Shown here in pieces: positions 34,312 through 47,321 of a stretch of DNA of 64,000 nt. The DNA is taken from contig OX597816.1 in the NCBI GenBank assembly GCA_951406725.2, forward strand, positions 10,540,001 to 10,604,000, given 5' to 3'. The DNA is from Octopus vulgaris. Its lineage: Eukaryota. Under the pieces are notes generated by a model that worked only from the letters and a program-made list of their open reading frames with translations, was not told the DNA's origin and did not search any database. How positions within the stretch are numbered: position 1 is the first letter of the stretch; the number at the start of each line of letters is the position of its first letter. The position numbers were made by a program, and so were the translations under genes.

Positions 34312-35215
34312 TTCGTTCGCTTGTTGTTGTTGACGATGACCAAAGACATCAAATGGGAGAAGAGGATGGGGGCATAGTGTTTCTTATTTCTTTACTGCCC
34401 ACAAGGGGCTACACACAGAGGAGACAAACAAGGACAGACAAACGGATCAAATCGATTATATCGACCCCAGTGTGTAACTGGTACTTATCTAATTGACCCT
34501 GAATGATTGAAAGCCAAAGTCGACCTTGGCAGAATTAGAACTCAGAATATAGCAGCAGACAAAATACCTATTTCTTTATTACCCACAAGGGGCTAAACAT
34601 AGAGGGGACAAACAAAGACAGACATAGGTATTAAGTCAATTATATCGACCCCAGTGCATTACTGGTACTTAATTTATCGACCCTGAAAGGATGAAAGGCA
34701 AAGTCGACCTTGGCAGAATTTGAACTCAGAACGTAGCGGCAGACAAAATACCGCTAAGCATTTCGCCCGGTGTGCTAATGTTTCTGCTAGCTCACCACCT
34801 ATAGTGTTTCTGTCTATGTCCAGTCAGTCCGATGCATGCTGTGAAAGCTCTGTCACAGATCGGGCACTGGAATCCTGATGGGATTGGAGGCAAGGAGTTG
34901 GCTCCAGACTTGCACAATTTGTGTTTTCTTTGAGCCTCTGTAATCCCGTTCTGTTTGTAAGGGGTGACACCTCCGTTGGTGCAACTTCACCAGGCAGGGT
35001 GGTTGTTCGCTTGTGTTTCCCAGATGCTATGGGTTGATTTCAGAGCTCTTCAGTGAAGCTTTGAATGTATCCACGAACCATTCTTTCTGCCCACCTTGTG
35101 TGCCCATACCTTCTACCAATTCCTTGTAAAGCAGTCTCTTGGGGAGCCACACATCAGGCATTTGAACAAGATGCCTGGCTCACCTGACTTGCACTCTCTT
35201 CAGCAGTGTGTAAAG
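34312..35215 (-). mobile_element. RTE (BovB-like) LINE 3' fragment with C-terminal C2H2-like finger, interrupted by a SINE B dimer
   Basis: QVR*ARHLVQMPDVWLPKRLLYKEL..GGQKEWFVDTFKASLK ... QCPICDRAFTACIGLTGHRQKH; UTR resumes at 34312-34373. Confidence 0.85.
34385..34800 (-). mobile_element. SINE B dimer with one 11-bp TSD
   Basis: ATAGTGTTTCT at 34374-34384 and 34801-34811 flanks both monomers together. Confidence 0.88.
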
Positions 35216-35274
35216 AGAAAATAAGCAACTGTGATAATGATAATGGATTTTATAATTCAAATACCAGAAGCTGT

Positions 35275-35665
35275 CATCATCATCATCATCTAACATCTGC
35301 TTTCCATGCTAGCATGGGTTGGATGCTTTGATTGAGGAGTGGCAAACCAGATGGCTGCACCAAGCTCCAATCTTGATCTGGCAGAGTTTCTACAGCTGGA
35401 TGCCCTTCCTAATGCCAACCACTCCAAGAGTGTAGTGGGTGCTTTTAAATGCCACTAGCACGAGGGCCAGTCAGGCAGTACTGGTAATGGCCACGCTGAA
35501 ATGGTGCTTTTTATGTGCTACCTGCACAGGAGCCAGTCCAGCAGCACTGGCAACGACCTCGCTTGAATGTTTTTTCACGTGCCACCGGCACAAGTGCCAG
35601 TAAGGTGATGCTGGTAATGATCACGCTCGAATGGTGCTTTTTATGTACCACCAGCATGGAAGCCA
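35275..35665 (-). mobile_element. RTE 3' UTR copy
   Basis: (CAT)n + terminal block + 3-4 units. Confidence 0.82.
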
Positions 35666-36342
35666 ATGCAGAATTTTAAGGACGGCCCAATCAAGACAAA
35701 ATTGGAAGCTCATTGTGACCAGTGATGTATAACAGCATCTAATTGTCTGGTCAATACTGTGATATTCTGAAAACAAAAGGACTGAAATCATTCAGCAACC
35801 TCATTGATACAATCATCACTGTCATTGTTGTCATCGCCATTGTCATTTCAACATCAAATTTTCCATGTCATCATAGGTCAAAAAGAATTTACTGAGGCAG
35901 ATCTTCCTATGGGTCAGGTGCCCTTCCTGTTGCCAACTCTCACCTGTTTCCAAGCAAGGTAAGATTTCTCCCATGGCTAGACATGTTTCTATGTTGTTCA
36001 TGGAAGACTGAAAACAAACCAGATTGCTTGTATGATGTTAAAAATGTAACAGAAGTTATTGATAAACCATTAACGTTAATTTTTATTATAGAAAAAAAAA
36101 TCAAAAAATCTGTTTTTGCTCTAAAACCACCAAAAACAACTTTAAAAAGTGCCAAAACTTAAAAATTTGTTAACTTCAACCGAATTCAAGTTAACGGAAG
36201 TTAACTCAAGTTGATTTCAGTTAATGGAAGGTAATTAGTTTTGATAATGATTTCCAAAGTTAACTTAAAAGTTAAACCATTAACAAAAATTTCAACTTTG
36301 TTAATTAACAGTTTGGTGCCCAGATTTGCTTCTTACTGAATA

Positions 36343-36574
36343 CTTATTTCTTTACTACCCACAAGGGGTTAAACACAGAGGGTACAAACAAGGAAAGACA
36401 CACGGATTAAGTCGATTACATCGACCCCAGTGCGTAACTGGTACTTATTTAATCGACCCCGAAAGGATGAAAGGCAAAGTCGACCTCGGCGGAATTTGAA
36501 CTCAGAACGTGACGGCAGACGAAATACGGATACGCATTTCGCCCGGCATGCTAACGATTCTGCCAGCTCGCCAC
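36343..36574 (-). mobile_element. Young, CpG-intact SINE B copy with probable TSD ACTGAATACT
   Basis: ACTGAATACT just before (~36335-36344) and after (~36573-36582) the element. Confidence 0.88.
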
Positions 36575-37311
36575 TGAATACTGAAGGGTTAAACTTCTAT
36601 GAAACACCAAAGACTTCCATCCCAGAAATCCCGGTCACATACGAAACAGATACATGCCCTAACTTTTGCATCAAATTCTATGTTGCTTCTTACATTGTGT
36701 TCTGTACCGTATCTCACACTTGCAACTGCATCGCAGGTAATGCAGTGCAGTCTAAAAGCATACGTGCATTTGTATCTCTTTTATCATAATCATTGTTCTA
36801 TTGAATGGTAATTTTATGTTGCTAAACACTTGCAATGATACTTTGGGAAAAATTAAAGAGTGCAATGTTCTGTGTGCTGGTGAATATTTCGGCTCAGATT
36901 AAGTACATTCTTTTATGTTCAATATGGCACTTGAGGGAGAAATTAAACAGGCCAATATGTTGTGAATGAAATTTGATGGACAAAATGTGAGAAATGCATA
37001 TATTGATTGGAAAATAGGTAGAGATGTATTTAATAGCAGGGAAATATGTGTAAGCATGGACGTGTGGTTAAGAAAGTTGCTTTGAAGCCATATAGTTTTG
37101 TGTTCAATCCCCCTGCATGGCTCATTGGGTAGGCGGCTTCTCCTATAGTCCTGGGCTCACCAATGCTTCATGAGTAAATTTAGTACATGGAAACTGTGTG
37201 GAAGCCCATTGTGTGTGTGTGTATATATATACCCCAGTTGAACCATCCAGCCCATGCTAGCATGGAGAGCGGACGTTAAACAATGGTGATGATGATGATA
37301 TATAGACATAT

Positions 37312-37700
37312 AGGCGCAGGAGTGGCTGTGTGGTAAGTAGCTTGCTAACCAACCATATGGTTCTGGGTTCAGTCCCACTGCGTGGCATCTTGGGCAAGTG
37401 TCTTCTGCTATAGCCCCGGGCCGACCAATGCCTTGTGAGTGGATTTGGTAGACGGAAACTGAAAGAAGCCTGTCGTATATATGTATATATATGTATGTGT
37501 GTCTGTGTTTGTCCCCCTAGCATTGCTTGACAACCGATGCTGGTGTGTTTACGTCCCCGTCACTTAGCGGTTCGGCAAGAGAGACCGATAGAATAAGTAC
37601 TGGGCTTACAAAGAATAAGTCCCGGGATCGATTTGCTCGATTAAAGGCAGTGCTCCAGCATGGCCGCAGTCAAATGACTGAAACAAGTAAAAGAGTAAAT
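37312..37700 (+). mobile_element. SINE family A, full length
   Basis: GGCGCAGGAGTGGCTGTGTGG..GACTGAAACAAGTAAAAGAG. Confidence 0.92.
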
Positions 37701-38699
37701 ATATGCATGCGTGCACACACACACACACATAACATAATGAAGGTGACTATATGCAGCATAAAACCAAAAAGTGAAAATTCATTTATCAATAATTGTGACT
37801 GAAGGTGCTGAAACTTTTCGTGACATAAACTGAACAGACAGAATTTTGGATTTTTCACAGTTCATAGAAAAATAAATGTTGGGAGAATTTTGTAAAAGCA
37901 AACAGCATTTCTTTGCTTTGCCACAGAAGCTGTCATAGTCTGTGGTTGGTAAGGCTGGTCTTTGGTAGTGACTGGGTTGAGTTGATGAATGAAAATGTGT
38001 TTCTTGGGCTGTGTGAGGAAATATCAGAACAACACCCGTGGACATTTAACAGAAGATTTTATTATTGTGTATAAAGACATAACAGTATTTAGAGCTTGAT
38101 GCACCCTTTCTAACATCAACCATTAACATACAGTGCTGTTAAAGGAGGTTTAACAACATCATTGCACGCAAAAACCTGAGTCCAAGAAGTAAAGCCTTTT
38201 ACATGGCACCAACACCAGTACATTTTATGTGGCACCTTGGTTTTTAGGATATCAGTTCTGTTGGGCAGATCTTCAGTAGAGCAATGTGCCACAGATCTCA
38301 GTCCTTTGTCAGAAATTTTGAGGGAAGGGAGCAAGTCAGTTGTTGCATCAAAGTAGTTAAGAGGTTTTAAACAGGAGCAATATATTCAAAACTGGTAAAG
38401 CTAAGATTTGTCGAGGATAGATTAAATTTATTATTGTTGCTGAACATGTTAGTATTATTTAATTTCTGAACGGTTTTGCTGCCATTTGTTTATGTAGTTT
38501 GATTTCTTTATCCATCAGCTTCTACTAAAATAGAGACACGCGTAAAATTAATAATGGAGAAACTAAAATAAAACTTTGGAAACTAACACTGTTGTAACTT
38601 GCATGGAAACCATGAGTATACTTTCAAGGGAGATAATCAGAGAAAGACTTGAAAGTGAACGTAAGATCGTAATACTTTATGTCAAAGTAAATTAAATAT

Positions 38700-38892
38700 A
38701 ACAAATAATCCAGAATCCTTGTCTGTTACCAGATCACTCCCAAAATCTAACCAGTTTGTGCTAGTCATGAGGCCAAATATCCTTGAAAGTTTCATTCAAA
38801 TCCATCCAGCAGTTCTTGAGATATCTTGTCCACAGACTACAAACAAACACAACTGAAAACAATACCTCTGCCTTTGCTAGGGTGGGGGTAAT
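38700..38892 (+). mobile_element. Non-autonomous Helentron/HINE-like 3' part
   Basis: AAGTTTCAT..AAATCC..AGTTCTTGAGATATC, (ACAA)n, then GAAAACAATACCTCTGCC..GGTGGGGGTAAT terminal hairpin. Confidence 0.6.
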
Positions 38893-39856
38893 AATACATT
38901 TAAATTTTGGCACAAAGCCAGCAAGTTTAGGAGAAGGGTTAATCAACTGCATCAGCCCCAGTGCTCAACTGGCACTTGTTTTATCAACCCTGAAAGGATG
39001 AAAGGTAAAGTTGACTTCAGCGGAATTTGAACTCTTAATGAAAAGACAGACAAACTGCTAAGTATTTTGCTTGGCAAGCTAATGACTCTGCCAGCTCACA
39101 GCCTTAACAATAATAATCAATAATAATAATAATAATAAAAGCATAAGGTCTGATATTCTGAGGGTGGAAATAAAGACAAATCAACCCCCAGCAGCTCACT
39201 GGTATTTCTTTATTTATTTCCCCTGCCTCCTCAGAGAATGAAAGACGAAATCAATTTTGGTAGGACTTGAACACTCATCGTAAAAGAACAAAATCTTTCC
39301 TTGAGGATTTGATCAGAGATCAAAGACAGAAATCATGTTGTAGACAGACGAAGCATAAACTTAATGAAACAATCTATATTAGTCAGTAAATATATTATGT
39401 TTTGTCAATAATACATAATTATTGATAAAGCAATGTTTTATCAATCTTCACAGATCATATTTTATAGATGTGATTCCTTTCATCTCGATGCATTGTAGTA
39501 AGTAATAGAATAATGCTGTTGTTAATGGTTGCTGTTGCTACTGTTTAGCCCCAGGGTCGGTCGTAATCATGCAGATCTCTGATCAAAAGCATTCCAGCTG
39601 TGACTACCCAAGACAATGTATCCAGTGAACATGACCAAGTGTATGTTTGAGGGTAGGTATAAGTTCGTGTGTTGGTGTTGTTCCAAGATGAAAGGAAGTG
39701 ATTCAATGAAGATACAGTTGCTAATTCTTTCAGGTTAAGGTCAAGGAAATGCATAGAACTGTCCTTGTCACCTTGTGCCTTCTTCTACAACACTAGACTG
39801 AGTGGATTCATGGATTTGAATCACAGAAACTGAAAAAAACGTGTCGTGTATACACA

Positions 39857-40599
39857 TCTCTTATGATAAAAGTCAGATTTTCTCTGCCTGTTCCCATGTT
39901 TCTTTTTAATACAATTCTACAATATAGAATTTCTTCAATTGGAATTTACCTATGATTTTTCCAAGTAGATTCGATTGGGTCATGGCATATCAAGTTTTTT
40001 CAATTTGACCCCCAATTAAGCAAAAATTCGAGAAAACTCAATATTTTACGATTTGCCTCTCACATTTCAAGTGGTTTACTCCTGCTATTACCACCACACT
40101 TTCTCCTACTTTCTCTTTGCAAGTGTGAAACTATTAAAGTGAAAGTATTCCCTTATTATGTGTGTGTGTGTATGTGTGTGTGTGTATTAGCAATTCGTAT
40201 AAAATTGCATCAATGACTTGAACTTGAATAAGTGGTTTCACATAAATGGGGATAAGTTAAAAAGGTTTGTTGTTATTATTATTACTTTTTGACTATTGTA
40301 ATCACGTTTGTTGGTTCCGTGTCAGGGAAACGTTGTTGTGTTGCATTTGTTAAATAATTGTAAACTGTAACCCTCCCCCTTTCGGAGAAGGGGCTTTGGT
40401 TATTGTTTAAAAATTGAATTGTGTCCCTGTTTGGGAAAATTGACAATATTTTCACTGTCTTTACGGAAACATTTTTGCTAAAATGCTTTCGATAGAAGAA
40501 AGTCCAAAAATGAATTTCGCTGCAGCCGTACACTTCTATACAAGAGGGAGCACAAGATCCAACTGATCGAAATTGCAAGAGACGGGCCTACAATTCTAG
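39857..40599 (+). mobile_element. Non-autonomous Helitron
   Basis: A|TCTCTTATGATAAAA start; ..GCAAGAGACGGGCCTACAATTCTAG|T end. Confidence 0.6.
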
Positions 40600-40675
40600 T
40601 CTGTTATATATTTTGAGTATTGTTATCACTAGCGATATCAAGATATAACTTTGTATTTTGTACTTTATGTGTAGA

Positions 40676-41660
40676 TCATCATCATCATCATCATTTAACG
40701 TCCGCTTTCCATGCTAGCATGGGTTGGACGGTTCAACTGGGGTCTGGGGAGCCCGAAGGCTGCACCAGGCCAGTCAGATCTGGCAATGTTTCTACAGCTG
40801 GATGCCCTTCCTAACGCCAACCACTCCGAGAGTGTAGTTGGTGATTTTATGTGCCACCGACACAGGTGCCAGACGAGGCTGGCGAACGGCCACGCTCGGA
40901 TGGTGTTTTTATATGCCACCGACACAGGTGCCAGACGAAGCTGGCGGTGCCAGATGAAGCTGGCGAACGGCCACGCTCAGATGGTGTTTTTATGTGCCAC
41001 CGACACAGGTGCCAGACGAGGCTGGCGAACGGCCACGCTCGGATGGTGTTTTTATGTGCCACCGACACAGGTGCCAGACGAAGCTGGCGAACGGCCACGC
41101 TCGGATGGTGTTTTTATGTGCCACCGACACAGGTGCCAGACAAGGCTATGGTACCACAAAGATACAAATTCCATTGATGTTCATCTATTTTGATTTGTTT
41201 TGATTTTCACTTGCCTCAACAGGTCTTCACAAGTGTCACAAGCAGGAAGGTATGCACAGGTGGACTGACTACGTCCCAGGTAGGGGTCACGGGTTATGGC
41301 CTGACTAGTCTTGCTGGGTCTTCTCACGCACAGCATACTTCCATAGGTCTCGGTCTCTAGTCATTTCCTTGGTGAGACCTAAAGTTCGTAGGTCGTGCTT
41401 CACCACTTCGTCCCAGGTTTTCCTGGGTCTACCTCTTCCACAGGTTCCCTCAACTGCTAGGGTGTAGCACTTTTGCACACAACTATCTTCAGCCATTCTC
41501 GTCACATGACCATACCAGCGCAGCCATCTCTCTTGCACACCACAACTGACGCTTCTTAGGTTCAACTTTTCTCTCAAGGTACTTACACTCTGATGATTAT
41601 GAACACTGACATTACACATCCATCGGAGCATACTGGCTTCATTTCTTGCGAGCTTGCGCA
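40676..41660 (-). mobile_element. RTE LINE 3' fragment: ORF C-terminus (41305-41660) plus complete 3' UTR with 60-bp tandem array and (TGA)n tail
   Basis: EASMLRWMCNV..LRWYGHVTRM..GRGRPRKTWDEVVKHDL..RDRDLWK; contiguous UTR; units repeat with 60-bp period at ~40850-41145. Confidence 0.92.
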
Positions 41661-41856
41661 TAGATGTATATATATATAGATGTACATGTAATATGTACAC
41701 ATATATATATACACATATATACATGCATAATATATCTACCCATACACACATACGCACACACACACATACATAGGGGTAGGTGTGGCTGTGTGGTAACAAA
41801 CTACGTTCCAAACACATGGTCCTGGGTTCATGTACATATATACATACATACATACA

Positions 41857-41895
<39 letters not shown>

Positions 41896-41914
41896 GTATT
41901 AATGTGTATGTGTT

Positions 41915-42160
41915 ATCTCTCTCTATATAAAGCTGAAGTTGTCTGTGTGCGCCAGGTTTGGTAACCTTCAACTAACACCAGCTCCTCCGAGACCCTGCGG
42001 TGCAAGTTGACCAAAATTGAGAGTATGATAGAAGAAGGGTTGCTCTTCCTTCCGTAGAAGATAAAATTCAAATCGGACCATGTTAACACCAAAAATTATT
42101 TACATCAAAAAGGTGCTTTTTTTCTATGAAAATCCCTATGTGTTTTTGTGTGTAAATATA
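41915..42160 (+). mobile_element. Helitron-like 5' fragment
   Basis: TCTCTCTCTATATAAAGCTGAAGTTGT..TGCGGTGCAAGTTGACCAAAA resembles the 5' part of 3360-3761. Confidence 0.55.
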
Positions 42161-42179
42161 TATGTATATATACATATAT

Positions 42180-43380
42180 ATGTGCAGGCATGACTGTGTG
42201 ATATGAAGCTTGCTTCCCAACCACATGGTTCCCGGTTCAGGCCAGCTGTGTAGCACCTTGGGAAAGTGTGTTCTACTATAGCCTTTGACCAAATTCTTGT
42301 AAGTAAATTTCGTTGACAGAAACTGAAGGAAGCTCAACATCATCATTGTTTAACATCCGTTTACCATTCTGGTATGGGTTGGATGGTCTGACTGAGAACT
42401 GGCAAACTGGGAGGCTGCACCAGGCTCCAATCTGATTTGGCAAGGTTTTATACAGCTGGATGCCCTTCCTAATGCCAACCACTCTGAGAGTGTAGTGGGT
42501 ACTTTTATGTGCCACTGCCACGGGAGCCAGTCAGGCAGCACTGGCATCGGCATTGCTCAAATAGTGCTTTTTACATGCCACTGGCATGAGTGCCAGTTAG
42601 GTGGCACTGGCATTGGCCACACTGAAACGGTGCATTTCATGAGCCATGGTCACAGGTGCCAGTCAGGTGGCACTGGCATCGGCCATGCACGGTAAATATA
42701 GTGTCGTATATATATGTACGTGTTTGTCCCCACCCCATCACTTTACAACCGGTGCTGGTGTGTGTGTGTGCATCCCCATGACCTAGTGGTTTGGTAAAAG
42801 TTACTGATAAAATATGTACCAGGTTTTAAAAAAAACAGGAAAAATAAACAAGTACTGCGGTTGATGCATTCAGCTACAGACTCTTCAGGGTGGTGCCCCA
42901 GCATGACCGTACAGCCCACTTATGCATACCTTTCCTTCTTGTGACACAAACTCTACTTGTGAAGACCTGTTGAGGCAAGTGAAAATCAAAATGGAAATCG
43001 ATCAACATCAATGGAAATTGTAGCTGTGATACCAGTGCCGATGGCACGTAAGAGAACCATCCAAACATGGCCGTTGCCAGCGCCACCCCAACTGGCCTCC
43101 GTGCCGGTGGCACGTAAAATGCACCATCCAATTATGGCCATTGCCAGCCTCGTCTGGCACCTGTGCAGGTGGCACGTAAAAAGCACCCACTACACTCACG
43201 GAGTGGTTGGCGTTAGGAAGGGCATCCAGCTGTAGAAACTCTAACAGATCAAGATTGGAGCCTGGTGCGGCCTTCTGGCTTTCCAGACCCCAGTTGATAC
43301 CATATATACCCATATATATATATAAGCGGACGTTAAACGATGATGATGATGATGATGACGATGATAACAATGATGATGAT
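42180..43380. mobile_element. SINE A split by an RTE UTR copy (42338-42695, -), followed by an RTE UTR copy (42915-43380, +)
   Basis: Similarity to the other copies. Confidence 0.8.
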
Positions 43381-44440
43381 GAAGGCGGATTATTATGGCG
43401 GTAATGATGATGGTAATGATGAAAAAGGTGATTATGATGATGGTGATGATAGTACATGTTTGTCACTGGTATTTGTAACATTGAGAAGCTCTTTCTTCTA
43501 AACTAAACTTTACAATGCAGCGAATACAATATTTTTGTTTTTTAAATGGAACATCTACTCAGTCTTGAATCGTTGCTTTTAGCACCCCGCCCACCCACCA
43601 CCACCCCTCCAGCTTCTTTTGTAATTATTCTTTATTTGTCAAAGCCACAACCGTTTCTGTGTGAAAGAAAATCTTTTCATGAAACTCTATTTGACTTCTT
43701 GTTATTCTGGTTCCTTTTCAGAAATATTCCTCGTAGACAATGATTGTTTTTCATTACTCTCAGGAGATACTTCAAAAAGTAAATTCTTGCCGTCTTTGTT
43801 TCCAAGGAAGTCGTCTTGAAAGATTTGTATCCAGCAAACATACGTTTAGACAATTTAAACATCAGGCTAATCAATTCAGTTTTTATCACTTCAAACAATA
43901 ATTGTCAAGGCGGCAATTATTTTGTTTTAATTAAATTGATCAGAACTTGTAATGGCTGGATGGGTGTTTATATTGCTGGAAGTGTTTTCGGTAAGGTTGA
44001 ATGTCGGTTCATTGTATTGCCGATGCAATTTGTTGGAAAAGTCACGATAAATGAGATGATAAGGTGTCTAGCGTCTGGCTCATGGGTTTACAAGTTTAAA
44101 ACTAATTTATGGTCTCTCATCTGCCAGAGTAAATGCAATAAATATTGGAATATACTGACAGAAAAATAGAGAAAATAACAAAAGGAAGTGACACTTTGGA
44201 CATAAATCTAGGTAAAACACACTTTTGTGTGATATGTATCTATAATGTTGCTTAATATCAATGTAAAAGTGATCTTGTTCTTCAATATATATTATAAATC
44301 ACTGGTTTTGGGTTCAGTCCCATTATTCAGCACCTTAGGCAAGTGCTCTCTACTATAGCCCTGGGCCAATCAGTGTCTTGAGAGTGAATTTGATACATGG
44401 AATCTGTGAGCAAGCTCCTCCTATACACATACACACACAT

Positions 44441-44475
<35 letters not shown>

Positions 44476-44536
44476 AAAAATTGAAAGTGGAGAGAAATGC
44501 TCAAGATGTTTTTAAATCATTAATATCTTCATATCA

Positions 44537-44620
44537 TCGACATACGTTTCAATGGATGCATTCGAAATAAATCTGACAGGATGAATAATGTGGAGTAATG
44601 CATCAATCTCAGCAGGGAGG
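44537..44620 (-). ncRNA. Degenerate minimal hammerhead motif (core CUGCUGA)
   Basis: CTGCTGA-GATTGATGCATT..AATGCATCCATT-GAAA-CGTATG-TC. Confidence 0.45.
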
Positions 44621-44832
44621 ATATAAACAACAGTGTGCATCAAGTGTGAACACTGATTCCTAAGACACTTATGTGACATCTGGCTACCTTGTAATTATTC
44701 CTCTGGATCTCTCTTTATACATACATATATATATATATAGTTGGTATTTACAAAAAATCAAAACAATAGGCAAAGATGGGTGTGTAAACAACAAACAGAT
44801 GTATTAGTCTAATGCTTGGGAAGGTGAAAAAA

Positions 44833-44870
44833 TCTTTTACGTTTCGAGCCTATGCCCTTCGACAGAAAGG
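44833..44870 (-). ncRNA. Minimal hammerhead-like motif with CUGUCGA core
   Basis: CTTT-CTGTCGA-AGGGC-ATAG-GCTC-GAAA-CG-TA-AAAG. Confidence 0.55.
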
Positions 44871-44948
44871 AACACAGAAATAAGTAGAGAGAGAAAATAA
44901 AAAAGGTTTAGTGGCTAGCAATCAATCATGGCCAATATATATATATAT

Positions 44949-44993
<45 letters not shown>

Positions 44994-46823
44994 CACACAC
45001 ACACATGCATCCAAATTTAGGGAATGGAATAGATAAAATCCAGGTTACATATGTTTCACAGTTACTTTTATGTTTCTATGTCAATAAACTGCTATTGTTC
45101 CCGAAAGTTGCTTTTTTTTATGTCTTCTACAGACTGCTTGAAGCTTACTACCTTCCTACACCTTGATCCTTGGATCTTACATTTACATATTACTATACAC
45201 ACACATCTATATATATATCTATATATATATCATCTAACATCTGTTTTCCATGCTGGCATGAGTTGGAGGGTTTCACAGCAGCAGGTAAGACCAGGAATAT
45301 TGTCTGTTTTGGCATGATTCCTATGGCTTGATACCCTTCCTAGAGCCAACCACTTTACAGAGCGGAGTGGGTGCTCTTTCAATGGCACCAGCATCAACAG
45401 GGCCACCAAGTATATTTGAACCAATTCTCTGCTATCAGCATTTCCTGAATGTGTGTCAGGTCCCATGAAAACCTTCACTGTTGAAAACAAATCCACTGTA
45501 TGGGTCATCTAACATCCATAAGATTGGCTGTCAAGTCCTCATACGTCAAAGCCATCATGAGAATCTGATATGTGTATATACATATATATGTGTTTGTGTA
45601 TGTGTGTGTTTGTCCTCTATGCTCTGTTTAATAACAAAGTTGGTTTGTTCACATCCCTGTAACTTAGTTGTTCAGCAAAAGAGACTGATACAATAAATAC
45701 CAGATTTTAAAAAAATTAAGTATTGGAGTCAAATCTTTTGAATAAAATCCTTCAAGGCTGTGCCCCAGCATGGCCGCAGTCCAGTGACTGAAAAGAACAA
45801 AGATTGTCATGTAGAATTATACTGGATTAATGTTCAAATGCAACTCAACTGTATTATTTTTGGGCCAAGAAAAGCACCTCTACATGGTTGTTCAGCCTGC
45901 TAGAAACAGCAGCCAAATCTCTGTAACACCACAGGAAACAACACAATAGATAATGATCTATTGTGTTGTTTCCTGGGTACAATTACTTGGGTATAAGATG
46001 TGATGGTCACATTTGGAATGCTTTTTGGCCATAGGTCTGTCTGCTCAATTGGAATTTTCCTGGCATAAATAACAAGACCAATTTCGTGACTTTAGTTTCT
46101 CCCTACTTCGGAATGGCCTGGCATTAATTTCTTCTTATTTCTCAAATCACTCATAGCTTGATAGATGAGAAAATAAAAAATTGGAAAATACAGTTTATCT
46201 GCAGGGAATTGATTCATCAATATTTCTTTAATTTTGTTGTTGTTGCTGCTGTTCTTGTTGGTGTTGTTGCCAGGCAGGGGTTCATTTTCACAAATCGAAA
46301 CATTCGCGTATTGTTGAAAAAAATAGGGAAAAAACAAAACACAGAATCTTTTTTATACTAGTAAATATCATCTTGCAGTCAATCAGTTAATTGTGATATG
46401 AGAGTGGCACCTACTTTGCGGCTTAGCAAACTGATGAAGATTAACAAAAATGATAACGAGGATAATGAGAAAGATGTTGATTATGATGATTATGTTGATT
46501 ATGATGATTATGTTGATGATGATGGTTATGTTGATATTGTAGCTGTTACATGTGAATGCATTCTTGAAATATACAGATATGCATACATACATATATACAT
46601 TTAAACATACATGCAATTTTACATGTATGCAAACTGGGTCAATCTAATCGACTGGCCCCCTCCCCAAAAATGTTGGGCCCTGTGCCTAGAGTAGAAAATA
46701 ATCTAACTGGCTATATTCATATTCTACATCTGAGACCGTGTGTCTTTGTTAGAAGTCAGTATTCATCATCATCATCATCATCAAATGTCTGTTGTCCATG
46801 CTGGCATAGGTTGGACTGTTAAA

Positions 46824-47058
46824 AAGGCGGCGAGTTGGCAGAAACGTTAGCACGCCGGGCAAAATGCTTAGCGGTATTTCGTCTGCCGTTATGTTGTGAG
46901 TTCAAATTCCGCCGAAGTCGACTTTGCCTTTCATCCTTTCGAGGTCGATAAATTAAGTACCAGTTACGCAATGGGGTCGATGTAATCAACTTAATACCTA
47001 TGTCTGTCCTCGTTTGTCCTCTCTGTGTTTAGCCCCTTGTGGGTAGTAAAGAAATAAG
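46824..47058 (+). mobile_element. SINE B inside an RTE tail fragment
   Basis: Full head and tail; GGTTGGACTG repeated on both sides. Confidence 0.88.
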
Positions 47059-47321
47059 TATGGGTTGGACTGCTATGTATATAAACTAAGATAACAAGGT
47101 AACAGTGTCAGTAGGATGGGTAGGGAGGAAGACGAGAAGAAACAGAATAAAATAAAATAAAGTAAAACAGAACAAGGTACAATAAAGTGGGGAAATCAAA
47201 GAAATACAAAATAAAGCAAAATAGTATAGAATATGATAGAGGTAATACTATATTTTTGAGGTGATGAATTGTGTACAATATTTACAATGGACAGGTAGGT
47301 GTCCTCACCTTGTTTGTTGTT

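Noticed and set aside
40850-41145. Regularly spaced repeats resembling a CRISPR array (also 58150-58440)
   Set aside because: The whole 60-62-bp unit repeats with no unique spacers, there are no cas genes, and the array is part of an RTE 3' UTR in eukaryotic DNA.
43008-43481. His/Ser-rich 157-aa ORF
   Set aside because: Made of (CAT)n repeats running into an antisense RTE UTR.
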